Below are positions 40,656 through 54,989 of a stretch of DNA of 64,000 nt, one piece after another. Origin of the DNA: Auanema rhodensis (lineage: Eukaryota; Animalia; Nematoda); assembly GCA_964057225.1 (NCBI GenBank), contig OZ059897.1, positions 13,702,001 through 13,766,000 on the forward strand. Direction: 5' to 3'. Numbering within the stretch: the stretch's first letter is position 1; each line of letters starts with the position of its first letter. The notes beneath the pieces were generated by a model. It did no database searches and was not told the DNA's origin. It saw only the letters and a list, made by a program, of their open reading frames with translations. The position numbers and the translations under genes are program-made.

Positions 40656-42562
40656 GCTACTGAAAATAAAAAAATTAAAATAAATAGTATAATTAAAATA
40701 ATAAATTAAATTTTGCTAAATTATTTAAAAAGAAAAAATAATTTTCTACACATTTGATAAAGTGAAGATTCACTGTTACTTTTTGAAATGGTCAAACTCC
40801 TCAAACAAAGGAGATCAACATAGAAAGAAAGGTCTTTTGATTACATACCACTTTCATATCAAAGAAGAAAAAAGAAATATTATAACATCTCTTAACTATA
40901 TGAAGTTCATCTTCATATTAGACGGAAGTGAAAGATTAAAGAACATACTTTTGCATTTGTATAAAACACCAGTTGAGAAATTTGCACATGGTATAAATCT
41001 AACTATGATATTACATCATGTATAGTCTTTGATGTAACACGATACATTTTTTTTTTCACAAACGGATTATTATAAAAATAAATATTATCCTTCTTTATGA
41101 ACAGAAAAAAGGGAATTTTTTCCTCTCCAAATATGGTCAGAAAATCGAAATTTCAACAAAAGCATTAGTAATTCAAAAGCTAAGGTGAATCAGAATTAGA
41201 TGATGATGGTGATGAAGATACGATCTGTTCGAAATTCCACAGAAAATAAATTTAACACACTCGAAATAGACATGATAACACTTGAAAAATTGAAAGAATT
41301 TCATTTTGAAATTCCACTATCTGCATTCCAACTTGAACATCTTTATTTTTTTGTTTTTATAATATAAAATATTTGTAACATACTTGTAGCTTTTAATAGC
41401 TGACCAAAAATTTAATAAAGAATCCAGCTTCATTACTTTTCAGAATAATATTTATAATTATAAAAATCTGAAAGAATCATCATTAAAAATATATTAAATA
41501 AAAGAAAATGAAATAGCTTAAAGCTAAAAGCAATGTGATAATCGCCTGTAAACTATAAAGTGAAATGTCCTAATAAAAAGTTTGTAGTTTCTGAGCTCTT
41601 TCTCTTTCAATTCTCTAGAAATCTTTTCAAATTCATTCTCTTTCAAATATTCTTCTACTAATTAGAACCAGTTAGGCTCAAACGGTATATGAAACCACAA
41701 GCTTTCATCAACTTCATCAATACCTTCTAAATGGTGAGGAGGTCATTTTGACCAACGAACAAATAAACTTCTCATCTTCTCATCTTACTTGTTGTGATCT
41801 AGTAAGCATTCAGAGAAATTTTCAAAAGAAAAGCAAAAACACAAAAATAGTATAAGAAAGAAAAAAGAAAAACAACAATGAAATCAATTAAGTTAAAATA
41901 AATATAATATTATAAGAAATAATTAATATTAAGTTTTAAACACTAAAAAAATCATAGAAACTTTATGAAAGATTAACTTTTTTTCATAACACATGACCAA
42001 TATTATGAAAAGTTTTTAGTTGTTTAGGTAAGATGTGTTGACGTTCACAACACAGAATAGTGCAATGAATTCAAATGTGTAGGAACATAAGCCGATGACC
42101 ACGGAGGCTTAGGACGATAACCTAAAGTTACAACATTTGTCTTCTTCACGTCTTCAATTTTAACAACTATTGGAAGTTGTAGGGAATCAAGATAGAACGA
42201 TAGAAAAGAGCAAAGAAAAGTAGATAGACAAGTAAATGTCGAAAGAAAGAGAGAGAAAAAGACAATTTTTCGGTGAAGCCATGTACACATACATACACTT
42301 GTATGTAGTACTGTTATTTAACCAATAAATATTACACAACCTAACTAACATAATTTATATTTATTAAAAGTTTACAATTATATTATTGTATGTATAATTA
42401 ACACCAAGACTCAATTTATAATTCGATTTATTTTTGTAATTTTTATGATAAAATAAACAAAATAAATTATATGTACACACACAAGTAACAACTTTTCTTA
42501 ATAATTTTGATGAAAATTAATTATATTCATTTCATTGTATTACGAAATTAGATTATAATTTT

Positions 42563-43630
42563 CTAATCATCTCCATCAATATTTGGATGATTCTGTAAAT
42601 GATTATAGAAACATGTGCGAATCTTGTCAAATTGAGTCAGACAGACAATATACTTCACATAATCAGTCGGAACACCTTTGGTTGTCTCGCAATAAGGTAA
42701 ACATTGATCAAGAACCTGAAATTTGCATTTATGTCTTGTTTAGATTCAAAATTAGGCTATTAAGAAGTTTGATCACTGATTCGTAAAACTACTCAAATCT
42801 ATGTTTGAAATATTTTGTAAAAGATTGAAAAACGTACTCCTTGATCTCTGCAACATTTAGTATGGTCCACTCGAGATGAAGCACAATCCCACATCAGTCC
42901 AACAGTTGGTCCTCGGCTGGCGCATGTAGCCATAAAACCAATAACCTATACAATTAATAGTTAAGTATTTAGAAGAAAGAAAATTAAAATTAACATAAAA
43001 TAATAGAAACATAACTAAAGAAATATCTTACTTGGTTGGCACTTAAGGCATTGAAATCGCAGAAACGACGACGACAATCAACATCAGCATCTTTCAAGTT
43101 ACGGCAACAAGTACGTAGTTTTTGATTAGCATTACGATTTCCTGGGACTCCATAGCTTTAAATATAATAATATAATTAAACTATATGATGTGAAACAATG
43201 ATTACATCAGTTGAAGACGTTGTTGTTTTGCTGTTAATGCTTGTTGATGAGGAGCAGCTGCGGCGGCGGCGCCAGTTCCAACTGAATCAGGAAGACTTCC
43301 GAAGGAAAAATCAGTTGGAGAGCCGGCTCCAGTTTGCTCGAGTGGAGTGGCAGTTCGTTGAGGAGCCACCTGAATAATAATAAATAATTTCTGTTCTTGA
43401 ACCAACTAGCAAACTTGAAGTTGTTGGTCAGTACTCATAGGAAGCCACTGTTGAAGAGTTGGATTCCATCTTAAATTTCCCTACAAAATCATTTATTCAA
43501 AAATTTCGAATAATATCGAAAAAGAACAAACACTTTGCCATTCTTGAGTACCATCTGGATTTGTAACCAATTGAGGTGCAGGTCCCTGCTGAGCGAACAC
43601 TGATGCAATAAGTAGAAGCAGAATAAACAT
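42563..43630 (-). CDS. Secreted DB-module protein with Q/P/A-rich N-terminal linker
   Basis: Signal [16 protein letters not shown] module [11 protein letters not shown]...DCRRRFCDF...[26 protein letters not shown]...CLPYC...[12 protein letters not shown]...HPNIDGDD*. Confidence 0.88.
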
Positions 43631-44922
43631 CTAAAGTTTCAAAAAAAGATGTTCCGAAATAAAATAAAAAATAGATTTTCTTTTAAATTCGAATATAAAT
43701 TAACTAAATGCACGAGGTAGCTGTGACAAATAATTAGCGACAACTATGGTCTTCAAAAATTTTTTTAATAGAAATCATAACTTCTAGGTCAAGATGTTGT
43801 ATGAAAGAGACGTCGACAAAAGCCAATATCGTCGATGTTCGGATAATTTGACAGTGAAATCAGTTTTTTCTTTCAACAATTAGCTGGTAAGTTGTGATTA
43901 TGATTGATTTTAAGAGGTTTCCTCGTCAAAGTGAGAAAGTAAATGAATTCAAGAGAATGTGAACAAGACATATTAGAAGAAATGACCACGATTAGGATGT
44001 TGATAGAAATACATAAGAAGACAAAGATGTTGATGCCTATGTTAGACAAGTAATCAACATATGATGGATTTAGTCGATTGACTGGAAAGAATATAGTCAA
44101 TGATATCATGTTTCTAGAGTATTCAGAACAAGAATCAAGACATTGAAAGTTTGACAAAGTTAACTATGATATTATACAAAATATCAAACTTCACTAGACT
44201 ATTAGAGATTAGCAAAATGAAAAGAAAAGAATAAGGGAAAAGTTTAAACTGAGCTCTAATATTCTTTCATCAGATCTAAGGTGGGTATAGAACATATATA
44301 GAAAAAAAGAGATAGGAATAGAGACAGATAGAAGATTGAAAGATAACAAGCTGATTTTCTCGGTGAAAATTCAGATCAAGAGAGTATGGTCAGCTTCGTT
44401 CAACTGCTAGATGATGACGATTGAAAAAGTCAATATATTGTGGAGCAGGTGATGGAAAGAGAAGTTTCTTTAATCGTAGAGAATCGTCTAGATCATATAC
44501 CGGGATAGACGATCTCGTTTTTATTGAAATCGTTTCATCCTTAGTTAACACATCACCTCTTCTTCACTGCGGATCTCAAAGTTTAGTCTATATCTCTTCC
44601 TTTCTTCCTCTATCTTATACGGCTTCAGAAACCTGTCCTCATCGTTTCAGGATTATTTTATGAGATCGTATTCCGTGTAACTGTCGGTATTCGTCATGAA
44701 TTAAAAAATGAAAATATTCTAAGTCTAATTATCCACAAAAAAAGGTTCCGACATACATACGTTTGATCATTTTTCCTGATTATCAGATTTCGTTAAAGAT
44801 TTCATATGACGACCTGTCCATTATTATTTGCATTTATAAACTATATTTAAAATAATATGAAATACACATTAAGGATTATTCAAAAAATTTATTTAAATTG
44901 AACTTAATCATGAATTGTTCAA

Positions 44923-45277
44923 TTATTTTGCAAGTGTCTTCTTATAAGATGTTGGTTTCTTGTATTCAAATTTCTTTGGCTTAGGAGAAATAGGTGGATC
45001 TGGCTTTGATTCAGGTACAACTGGTACCACAGGTACAACAGGTACAACAGGTACAACTGGCGTTGGAATAGCAGTCTAAAATAATTAATTATTAATTATA
45101 AATAAACATAATATAATTAAAAAATTAAAATGTGAATGAAGAAAATGATAAAAATATTCAAATTAATAATACCTTATTTCCAAAGACTATTTCATCATCA
45201 ATATTAACATCGTTCGTATCATTTTCTGGAGTCATAGTTTTGATCTCCAAGGGAATAAATGCAGATTTGTCAGCCAT
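44923..45277 (-). CDS. Small (~85 aa) two-exon Pro/Val-repeat protein, unknown function
   Basis: MADKSAFIPLEIKTMTPENDTNDVNIDDEIVFGNK|TAIPT(PVV)5PESKPDPPISPKPKKFEYKKPTSYKKTLAK*. Phase-0 GT-AG intron, TATAAAAT ~120 bp upstream, CCCAG 2 nt before the ATG. Confidence 0.7.
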
Positions 45278-45543
45278 CACTGGGAGAAGACCAGTTACAC
45301 ACTGATTTTATTGAAAAATGGAGACTTAAACTCACGTGAAATGCGTGAGTTACGTGCACTTGTGTGCCATTTTGTTTTTGAAGTGAAGCGGTTGTATTTT
45401 ATACGTACTTATTACTCAAATCATTAAGTTTTTAACATAATGTAATGAGTTATTTGAAAAATCTTTAGAAAAATTAAATGTAAATCACTAATTTAATCAG
45501 TTTATATTATATTTCACATATAAATAAATAAATAATTCAATTA

Positions 45544-46183
45544 TTAATGATGTCCACGATAACTAGGATGACGACGAAGATATCTACTAAAGCATTGTTG
45601 ATATTTAGTGAATTCTGATAAACATCCTCCATAACGTGCAATATCTGTTGGAGCATCATGATGAGCATTACAGAAAGCCATACATTTATCAGATACTCCC
45701 TACAAATAATGATTATAATATGCTTAATTATATTATATTAAATATACTATTCTTTTGCAGCAATGGCTATGATCAGCTCTCGATGAGAGACAGTTCCAAA
45801 TATTTCCAACAGTTTTACCCTTTACAGCACATTCTGCAATGAACGGAAAAACCTGTAAAGCACGATAAATCAGTTTTTGTGATCAAATAAATGCTTACAC
45901 TTTCTCTACGAATCATATTAACTTGACAATATTTGTGAGCACAAGTCTTATCAATCTCTGGATCAGATAAACAGCATGCAATAAGCTTTTCATTAGGAGT
46001 CCTAGCTTTCAATGAAGCGACACATAATCTATATTGTTTGAATAATCAATAATTTATAAATATTTATAACAAAACTTTTAATTTTTTAATATATTTTTTA
46101 AGTTTTTGTTTGTAAAAGTATATCATTTATATTTTATAAAATTAAGAACAAACTACATACATAACCAACAGAAGACGTAACAT
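45544..46183 (-). CDS. Secreted DB-module protein (minimal, single domain)
   Basis: MLRLLLVILCVASLKARTPNEKLIACC...TCAHKYCQV...ECAVKGKTVGNIWNCLSSRADHSHCC...CMAFC...CLSEFTKYQQCFSRYLRRHPSYRGHH*. Confidence 0.88.
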
Positions 46184-46977
46184 TTAGCGACTGACCAATT
46201 TTCTAAAGCAAGATTATTAATCCAGCTTTGTATTGAATGATAACTATATATTCGTTTATGTTATCGTAGCAAAATAAAAGAAAGGAACAGGATTTTCTCG
46301 TATTAAACTTCTAATAAAGTAATGATTTAACTAACTTATTATGGGAAAAAAAATATAATTGGCAGTAAAGTTAGAACAGAGAATAAATCAAAATTAAACT
46401 TTAGTGTCAACGAAAAAACGACTATTCTTCAATTTTCTAAGAAAAAGTTTAGTGTCATCGTTTTTCAATATCTGATCTATAAAATACAAAATTAAGTTCA
46501 TAATTCCTTGTTTTCTATCTATTTGCTATCGAATTCGCTTAAATAATGAAATGTTTATATCTATATCTATATACTATATATGGTATATAAGGCAAATGAA
46601 TAAAAAGAATATTTTATTGGAAGATTTATTCTTCATATAGAATTCGTCCATATAGGAAAATCATTTGTTCTTCAATATATTTACAATACTTCATAGTAAA
46701 AAGTGGATGACATGATTGATGACAAGAACTCCTTACCCGTTTTCAATTTGATCTATTTTACAAATATATTTCTTAGCATTGCTTTAAGCTAAGAGTTTTA
46801 AAAGGACACAAACATATATATGAAATTTGTCAAAAAGACTAGAATAAGTGAGTGAAAATTATAATGTTTGTATGTTGTCTCCAGAATACTTAAATTTCAA
46901 GGAATGTCTTCTAATTTTGGCCAGCTATCAAGCTATTGGATTGAACAAACAAAAGATGGGACTCACTGATAAGAAAT

Positions 46978-49900
46978 CTAGTATTTCTTTTCAGTGTATT
47001 CCAACTTTCCCTCCATCTTTTCTATATCTTCATCCGAATCTCCATCATCTACCTCTACTGTACCCATTGTCCATGAGGCAGGTTTGACATCAGCTACAGC
47101 AATAAAGAATATGTTGGAACTGAGCACGATAATGAAAATGACCCTGCAAAACCGGATAAATGCAACAGTTCCCAAAAAGTTTGCAAATGTTCAAATGACT
47201 TACAGGAAAAGTTTTGTCCATTGTTCGTGTGTATCATCAGGAGCCATGAAGTTTACCATGAAGGGTAACACAAGACCAACAATGCCATTTGCAAAACCAC
47301 GTACAGTATATACAAATCGTAGATGTTGTCGAGAAACCTGTATTAATAGTTGATTAAGCTATAACTTATAAGAAATGTTTACAAGTTGAGCACTTCTAGT
47401 GATTCCAACACCATTTAAGCCATTTGCAACAATGACTAAAGAATAGCAGATTGAAGCTACTTGATTCCATCCGGCAGGACAAAAAACAAGTACAATAAAT
47501 GATAAAGCCATTGTTCCTGAGAAATAAGGTTATTTCTGGATTCAACTTTAGATTTCTCGTACCTTGACTAATAGTTGTACTAACGATTGCGGCTAATCGT
47601 TCTCCCAAAAATTCACAATTTGCTGATAATGGTTGTGCAAAAATTCTGGCAACACATGAGAAGATATATGGCATAGCAGCTGACCATCCAGTTGTAGTCA
47701 GGCTGTAGTGAAGAACCTAGAAATGATATAGAAGATATGAATATTTAATTGATTCATATGATACCTTATTCAAATAAGTTGGTCCATATTGAAGGAAAAT
47801 AGAGAAACCAATAGTTCCTCCAACGGAAGTCAACCATACACCCCAAATTGACCAAGTAGAACAAATAGCTTTAACTGGAGTACGAGCTCTAGAACATTAA
47901 TTGTTAACATATTCTATATTCAAATAAAATTACTTTTCAACATGTTTCTCCTCGTGTGATTTATCTTTTTCAATTTTACGTAATTCATATCGTGAAACAA
48001 ATCTGAAAATTGATGAATTTCCCTTAATTCTTTAATGAAAAGCAATTACCTGCTAGATCTAGGTTTATCTGTATGTAACATTGCAAAAGCTAAGTATGCA
48101 AGAGCAGTAAGTATAGCTTGAATGTAATATACCCATTCCCATCCATACGACTCACACATTACAGCAGATAATGGCATTGTAAGAAGTGGAGCAATCTTCA
48201 AATTTATAAAAATTGTTTACAGTACCGAGAATGGTTTCTTGATTTATAGAAAATGTCAAAAGTAATGATCTTTTCATCTCTCTTTTTTTTTTATGAAAAG
48301 TCTAGACAATCTAACATTTTTTTTGTAACGCACGTCATCGTGATTCTGCAGCATAGTGGAACTTAATCACGTGAATATCTTATGCTTAATTTTTTTTTAA
48401 TTCTTTCAGTGCAAATGAACCCAATGAAGCTTTGTTCATAATTAGTGTGATTTGTTTCTTTCAAGTTGTTTATTTGATATTCTTTATATGATTTTCGAAC
48501 AAGGAATTTGTTCCGATCAGGTTATCTCTATGTACATGTACACTGAGATGTATGCAATAGACCCAAGGTCATAACCAGACATAGTACTCAATGCGATGAA
48601 CTATGTGCTAAGCTACATTGTATATAGAACGATTAAAACATTTCTTGGAATGATGTCTTATTTGGATGATTCTTGCACTATATTGAAATGATAATATGTT
48701 TTTACATTAATCTTAACTATGTATTCTATGTTATCAAATCAAGTATACATCTGTTCAACGAATACACTCGTCATATAAGTTTTCTAATTTGAAGTAAATG
48801 ATTGGCAATTGGCTGAATATCAAAAACCTTCTGATTAAAAGCTGAATGAACTCTTTTGAAACATATCATCTGATATTATGAATCATTGTAAAAATTGTCA
48901 TGTTATATTCATAATAATTAGGTGAATGATATGAAAACGGAAGAGAGAAAAGAAAAGAATAATTCTTCAAAAAGATCAAATAAATCAAAATGTTTCTTCA
49001 CACTTTAACTTCATATCTGACAATTTGCCTTTTCTTCTTCTTTTTTATTTTTATGTTCTTTTATATAATTTGTTTTGAATAAATACCTGAAAATGAGCAG
49101 CCAGTATAGATACATATACACCGTTTCCTTCAATTGTTGACCAATGAGATGTTATAACACTCATAACTGGTGATGTTACTGCTGCTGGAATTCCCTGAAG
49201 AAAAGAAAAAAAGGTTCATGTAATTAAGGCGTTTTCTGTAACAGCAGAACCAATTACCGTACCTGTATCAGTCTCATAACCATGAAATGCCAAAATCCGT
49301 ATTGTGCAGCATATGGAGACAATACGGTAGCAAAGAATGATAAGAAGCCACAAAAAGCCATCGTAAAGCTAAAATTTTGATTTTCATTCTCAATATTTTA
49401 TTCCCGAATTAATTTTTTCTTTGAAAGCTAGTTTATCATTAAAATATATTTTCTTTCTTTCGTCTATAGGTTTTTTTAAAATTATTCTATTGTCAGTTAT
49501 TCCACAGTCAAGGTTATACGGAATAATCACAGTAGGGCAAAGAATAAGACATGCATAGAAAAACGCCTTAGGGTTATATTAGAAGAAAAGAAAACCATGA
49601 CCCTTTAATAGTAACATAAAAATTACAACATATCTATGTACTTGGTTTGAAGGTCAGCTTTCTATCGTTCTTTGAAAAATTCTTTATCATTAAAGATTTT
49701 GTAGTATTTCTATCAATCTTTAAACAGTTTTCTAATAATCTTATGAACTTTCATTGTCTTATAATTGAAAAACTTCTTTAGTATTTCATGTTGTTTAATT
49801 ACTTTTTTAAAAATTAGATTTGTTTTGTTAGTGTTTAACTAATATTTCAACTAACATTAACACAATATTTTAAACATTTCAGAAATGTATGTAAACATTT

Positions 49901-50517
49901 TTCAAAAATTTAAATTTAAATGATGATACCTGACACCAAGTTTAGCAACCATGTAATACAATGGAATCATTGCTGGCACTGGACCGAGATAGCCAGCAGC
50001 CAAAAGATAATCTTTTTCTTGTTTCGTGTAGCTATATGAAGGTGATGTTGAATTGTCAGCTGAAATAATCAAAATAGTGAACATCATGTTTCAAGTTTTC
50101 TAAGCTGCTGGTGAAATTTTGATTTTTGTTTTAAACTATCGAACTGAGAGCGAAATATTTACAAAAAAGTGATATTTCTTCCGTTCAAATGCTTTGAATA
50201 AATTTGTTCAAAATAAGAAAAAACGTTAAATTAATGGAAGAAACTTCAAAATTTTTATCAAGAACGTAGTACAAAGATCACCAAAGTATGGTGGTTTTTC
50301 TATATGATGATGCGTAACCAAACAATGGTTAGAAAACAATAATCAAATGAAATTTACCTTGTTCTGTCATGCAAAGGACGGTAAAGTTGAAAACGTGAAG
50401 ATTTGAATAAAGTAAAGTTAAACATAAGGTTGATAAGGTACAAACGATGTACCGGAATGGTACCTTCGGATGAGCAAATATACTATCCTGTCGTTCAAAT
50501 GAATCACGTTGTCGCAT
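46978..50517 (-). CDS. Major facilitator superfamily transporter, SLC17 (anion/phosphate)-like nematode expansion
   Basis: FRYIVCTLSTLCLT...FNFTVLCM, MRLIQGIP, ITSHWST, PLSAVMCESYGWEWVYY, FLQYGPTYLNKVL, SAAMPY, APDDTHEQW, ADVKPASWT; stop at 46978. Confidence 0.9.
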
Positions 50518-52345
50518 ATTGTTCTGAGAAATAAGTCTAAATGAAGTACATGTACATATATAAAATCATTTATATTCTCAATAAATTCATCAAATAGACT
50601 TCATAACATAAGATGAAAATCATATGTTTCAAGGCAATGAAATTGACCACATTCCGAATTTCCTTTTATGGGCATAATCGAGGGGAGGAGACAGAGCTCC
50701 AAGAAAGAAAAGGCTTCGATGTGTGGTGTTAAAGGGGAGGGATGCTATCATTCGACCTTCTCTGATTCTTGTACAGAAACAAACTAAAAAGAAATAGAAA
50801 AACGAATTTGTTGTTGGTGATGGAGATAGAGATGGGGGTTAAATGTGGGAGAGAGAAAATAAAGCGATTGAACCAGGCGGAACCTTACCATACTGTATCT
50901 GGTGACGAATGAAAGCTACAAAGAAAGTTCTTAAATATGACCAAAATTCACATGATACTCGTAGTGGTGCGTATGTCTTGTTCTGAGATTTAATACAGAA
51001 AGAAAAAAATGGGGGGAAAAGAGACGAAGATAATGACAATTTAAAGAAAAACGATGGGACAAATGACGATGGGAACAGTATTTTGGCCGAATAGTGGCAG
51101 CATCACAAGCGGTATGATAAACAATTCATATAACATTAGCAAATTGATGTACTCGTAGGTATAGGTGTAAATGACAAATACGTTAAAAAGGTTTGACCAT
51201 AAGCATATATTGGAATTTTGATGTGTTTAAGCATTTAATGAAGTGAACCTGTCTTCCCTCCTTGTTGAACTATTGACTTTGTGGCCTACTGCTCTAAGCG
51301 ACCACTGGCCACTGGCCACCGTCTGGTCAATTTCAATTCTAATTATGGAAAACCCCTCTAAGGCAGTTTAAAAATGGAAACAAGACGAGTGTCGTTATGT
51401 TACCAGTATAGAAAAGAATTATTTCTTTTCTGTTATGACCCATAGAATTGAAGCGAAAGCTGACAAGTTGCAAACAGGTTGTTTGTACTTTTAAAACTTT
51501 TGAAACCGGCCGTTTGCATCTTCAAAGCATTCTGGTATTACCGTCCAAAAGGCATAATTAAGTTAGTAAGTTGCAACACTTTTATTTCCTAACATTTCTT
51601 ATAAATCTCATTGTTTTATACAAGAAATTTGTTTCTGTTTGAAATATTACAGAAACTTTTACGAATTCATAGGAAAGTAGAACAGGAAGTACAAGCCAAT
51701 GCTTTCCTAATTTGGTTGTAACATCATCTGATGCAGACATCTTCTGCGCAACTTCTTAGCTCAGAATTCAGTATGAGAACCTTTGAACAAAAACAAGAAT
51801 AGAAATAAGAAGATGGAAAGTTTTGTTAAGCATTTCTGTTATCTTCTCATGACCTTCTGAATATTATTTCTAGACAAGTTCTTTGAACGGTGAAAATGAA
51901 TGAGAAAATATGTCATCTTTTGTATTTTTATAACTTTATAAATGTTATAATATATATGAAATATAAATATATAAGAAGCTTTGTATAATTTTATTTTATT
52001 TTTAATTATCCAAAAAAAAATTAACTAAAATTGATTTTTCAGTTCAAGAAAATAATCGTGTATGTAAAGTGCTTAAATCTAAACTTAAAATATATATATA
52101 TATATAAAACAAACTATTTTTTTTAGTTAAAAGAGATAAAGAATAAAATAAATCTTTTTTTTTTCTATTCAAAAAACTTATTTTTTAATTTTAATAATAC
52201 TAATATTTAATATTATAATATTCATTTTACTTTATACATATATTTATGATCACAAACCAATTTTTTTTAAATTTCATTTATCCTATTTTTTTGTTTCATT
52301 AAATTAATTATATTTAATATATAAAATTATATATTTACATACTAT

Positions 52346-53104
52346 GCGATTGCTTAAAATGGGTATGCTCTCATAGGCATTTTTGGTACAAAGCAAAAAT
52401 GACGTATGATTTCGTGATGAGAAACAATTGAATTGGCTTGTATACTGGCAATCAGTGTCAATGCTGGTGTGGCCAAAGAGTTAATGAAAGCGGGATGATG
52501 GCGATAGTTGGAAGACAATTTGTTTCATCTTCTTAGATTCTATAGAGTCTCCACATTACTTGTTGTCATGTCAGAAATTGTATTAACATCGACAATGAAA
52601 AAATCTCTCTGGTCTTCTAAATTTAAAATATATATATATATACTATATATATAGTATAGTATTTCTTGTTAATCTCGTTTATCAAATCAAACTATTCCTA
52701 TGAAGGGAGAACGAGAACGCTGTTGTTATCTGAAATCGTCATATCAGAAAATCAACAAAACTTACTCTAACTCATTTGCTTTCGTCTTGCCTTTCAATGT
52801 CGCATTTTTTAATTCTTGCCTTATCTTCTTTATGTTTGATATTCACACTCACACACACACACACACCATGATCTACTAACTACTAGAGAGATAGCAAAGA
52901 AAGAATGAGAAAATTAGGTTCGTAAACCAATCTCATATTAAGGAAAAAGAAATTAATCAGCCCCCTCAAGATCTATAGCATCTGCCACCCACCTCGGTTG
53001 CTGTTGCTTGTCGTCATTAGTAAAAAATCCTCTAGAACAATCATCAGCTTTGTACTTCTAAGATGTTTACCATACTTATTCAAAATCCACGCTGTCGTCC
53101 TCAT
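52346..53104 (-). other. Possible small spliced gene or degenerate exon series, unresolved
   Basis: Chain of AG|...|GT-bounded segments (MRTTAWILNK, GFFTNDDKQQQPR, QELKNATLKGKTKANELE; downstream DQRDFFIVDVNTISDMTT) with one 44-nt intron, but an in-frame stop arises at the 52729 junction. Confidence 0.25.
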
Positions 53105-54145
53105 TCTAATAGGTTATTTTCAGAAGAGGTTAACATCATGTCTCAGAATAATAACTTTTGAAATGTTTATTTTTTGAATTCTAAAGTTTTTAGTCATTAT
53201 CTGCAAGAGCTACTGATGATTATTTCTATAATTAAGCTAATTTCGAATCCAAATTGCTATAGCTGATGTAAAATCTGAAGACAACATCATTGGATAACGT
53301 CACTCTTTTCCTTTCTAATGCATTTACACTTGAGCCATCCTTCTTGTAGTCTTGTGAATCTAATGAACAGATGCTCTTCTTTTACCAGTTTATCCTTAGC
53401 TTTGTTGATGAATATACGAAAATTATATCACTAACTTTCCAATATAAAATTTTTTTCTCAATAATTATATATTTGAATAGCAATGTGTTATTTCTAATAA
53501 ATGATTATATGCTTAATTTTAGTTTATCTCCATTAGTATTCTCAAACTTTATTAATTCTTTAATCTTTTTAGTAATTATAATAACAAATATATACATCTA
53601 TTTATGTGCTTAATTATTTTTTCTGTATTCGTATACAATTTAATATTTTCAATTTTTCATTAGAATTTACTAAAATAATTAAATTTATATTTTTTTCCCT
53701 TATCATATTCCCATAAATTTTGTGCTACACCATATTCATCTTTGAGTTTTACGTTTTTTTAACTTTTACCGAATGCATTAGACACGATTAATCTTTGAAA
53801 ACGAATGTTAAGGATATCATAAAGTTTTGTTCAAGCTGTTAATAAGAAAAATGGCCATATTGGACTTATGCGTTTTCTTAAGCAGTTTTCCCTCATTATG
53901 CGCTATCTCTCATAACATTTAAGCTGAAACTCTAATGAGTTGTCTGGTCAGATGTGTTCACTGAAATTTGAAAAAAACAAATTCTCAATTTAGCAATGTT
54001 CTCTTTTAGTTACTATGTTTTCAAATTACAGTTCATTGTTTTGTTATATTTATGGTTCGTTGCCCACTGAATGCTCATGAAATCAAATAATAATAATTAT
54101 AATTGTATTTCTAAGTTTTAATTTAAAATCAAATTTAGGTAAACG

Positions 54146-54490
54146 ATGAATATAATCAAATATGTCTTAGTTCTGATGTTTACGATCATGTGTACCATTT
54201 GTCAAGCTAGAATACTGGTGGTAAGGCAGTCTTTATGATATTAAGCTAAATATCTGAAATTATTATTTCGAAATTTGCTTGATTTTGAAACTGAGGAAAA
54301 GATTCGAGATAGCCGTTTTCAGTACAGTTTTGAGGCACCAATGATTCGACTTCTGGAAGAATATCGCCAGCTAAAAGATAGTGAACGGCCAGCTATTGTT
54401 ATACCACGTTGGAATTCAGAATATAATCCAAATAAACGAGTGAATGAGGATCAGTTAAAGGAAATGTTGCGGAAAACATGGATTGGTTAA
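54146..54490 (+). CDS. Putative neuropeptide-like precursor (80 aa)
   Basis: Exon 1 54146-54220 MNIIKYVLVLMFTIMCTICQARILV|GTAAGG. Exon 2 TTTCAG|54323-54490 YSFEAPMIRLLEEYRQLKDSERPAIVIPRWNSEYNPN-KR-VNEDQLKEMLRKTWI-G*. Confidence 0.75.
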
Positions 54491-54989
54491 TGTACAAATG
54501 CTGCAATTTTGATTTATATTCTTCATACATTTGTATTCTTATTGTCATTATAATATATAAATCTTTACAGAATACCTTTTAGATTTCATATAACGAGCAT
54601 GTATGCTCATACATTCCATTATAATAGTTTATAAAATTTACAACTTATTTATATTTTAATTTATATCACATAATATATATATATAGTTACATTAATATAT
54701 AGAGTCTGGCAGTTTTAAGGACAAAAAAAACTTTTTAAGTAGGAAAAGTGCGAACTGAGTTCTGTTTGAAATGCAACCGATTCGTATGGAACAAGTACCG
54801 AAAATTCGATTTCAAAACCGAATCACATGTACATACGTGAACTTCATGTTATTTCCCGTATAAATATTTAAATTATGGAACAAGAGTTGTTAATTCATTT
54901 GTCTTCTTAGATTATCTCACTCCAGTTTTAACTTTTAAGATTAGTATTGAAAATCCATATATGTATGTATACAATGTATATATGTAATG

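Noticed and set aside
44923-46183. Operon linking the DB-module gene and the PVV gene
   Set aside because: The downstream gene has its own TATA-like element; SL2 data would be needed.
32289-54490. Neprilysin plus neuropeptide precursor as a functional gene cluster
   Set aside because: About 13 kb apart with unrelated genes between; proximity alone is not evidence in nematodes.
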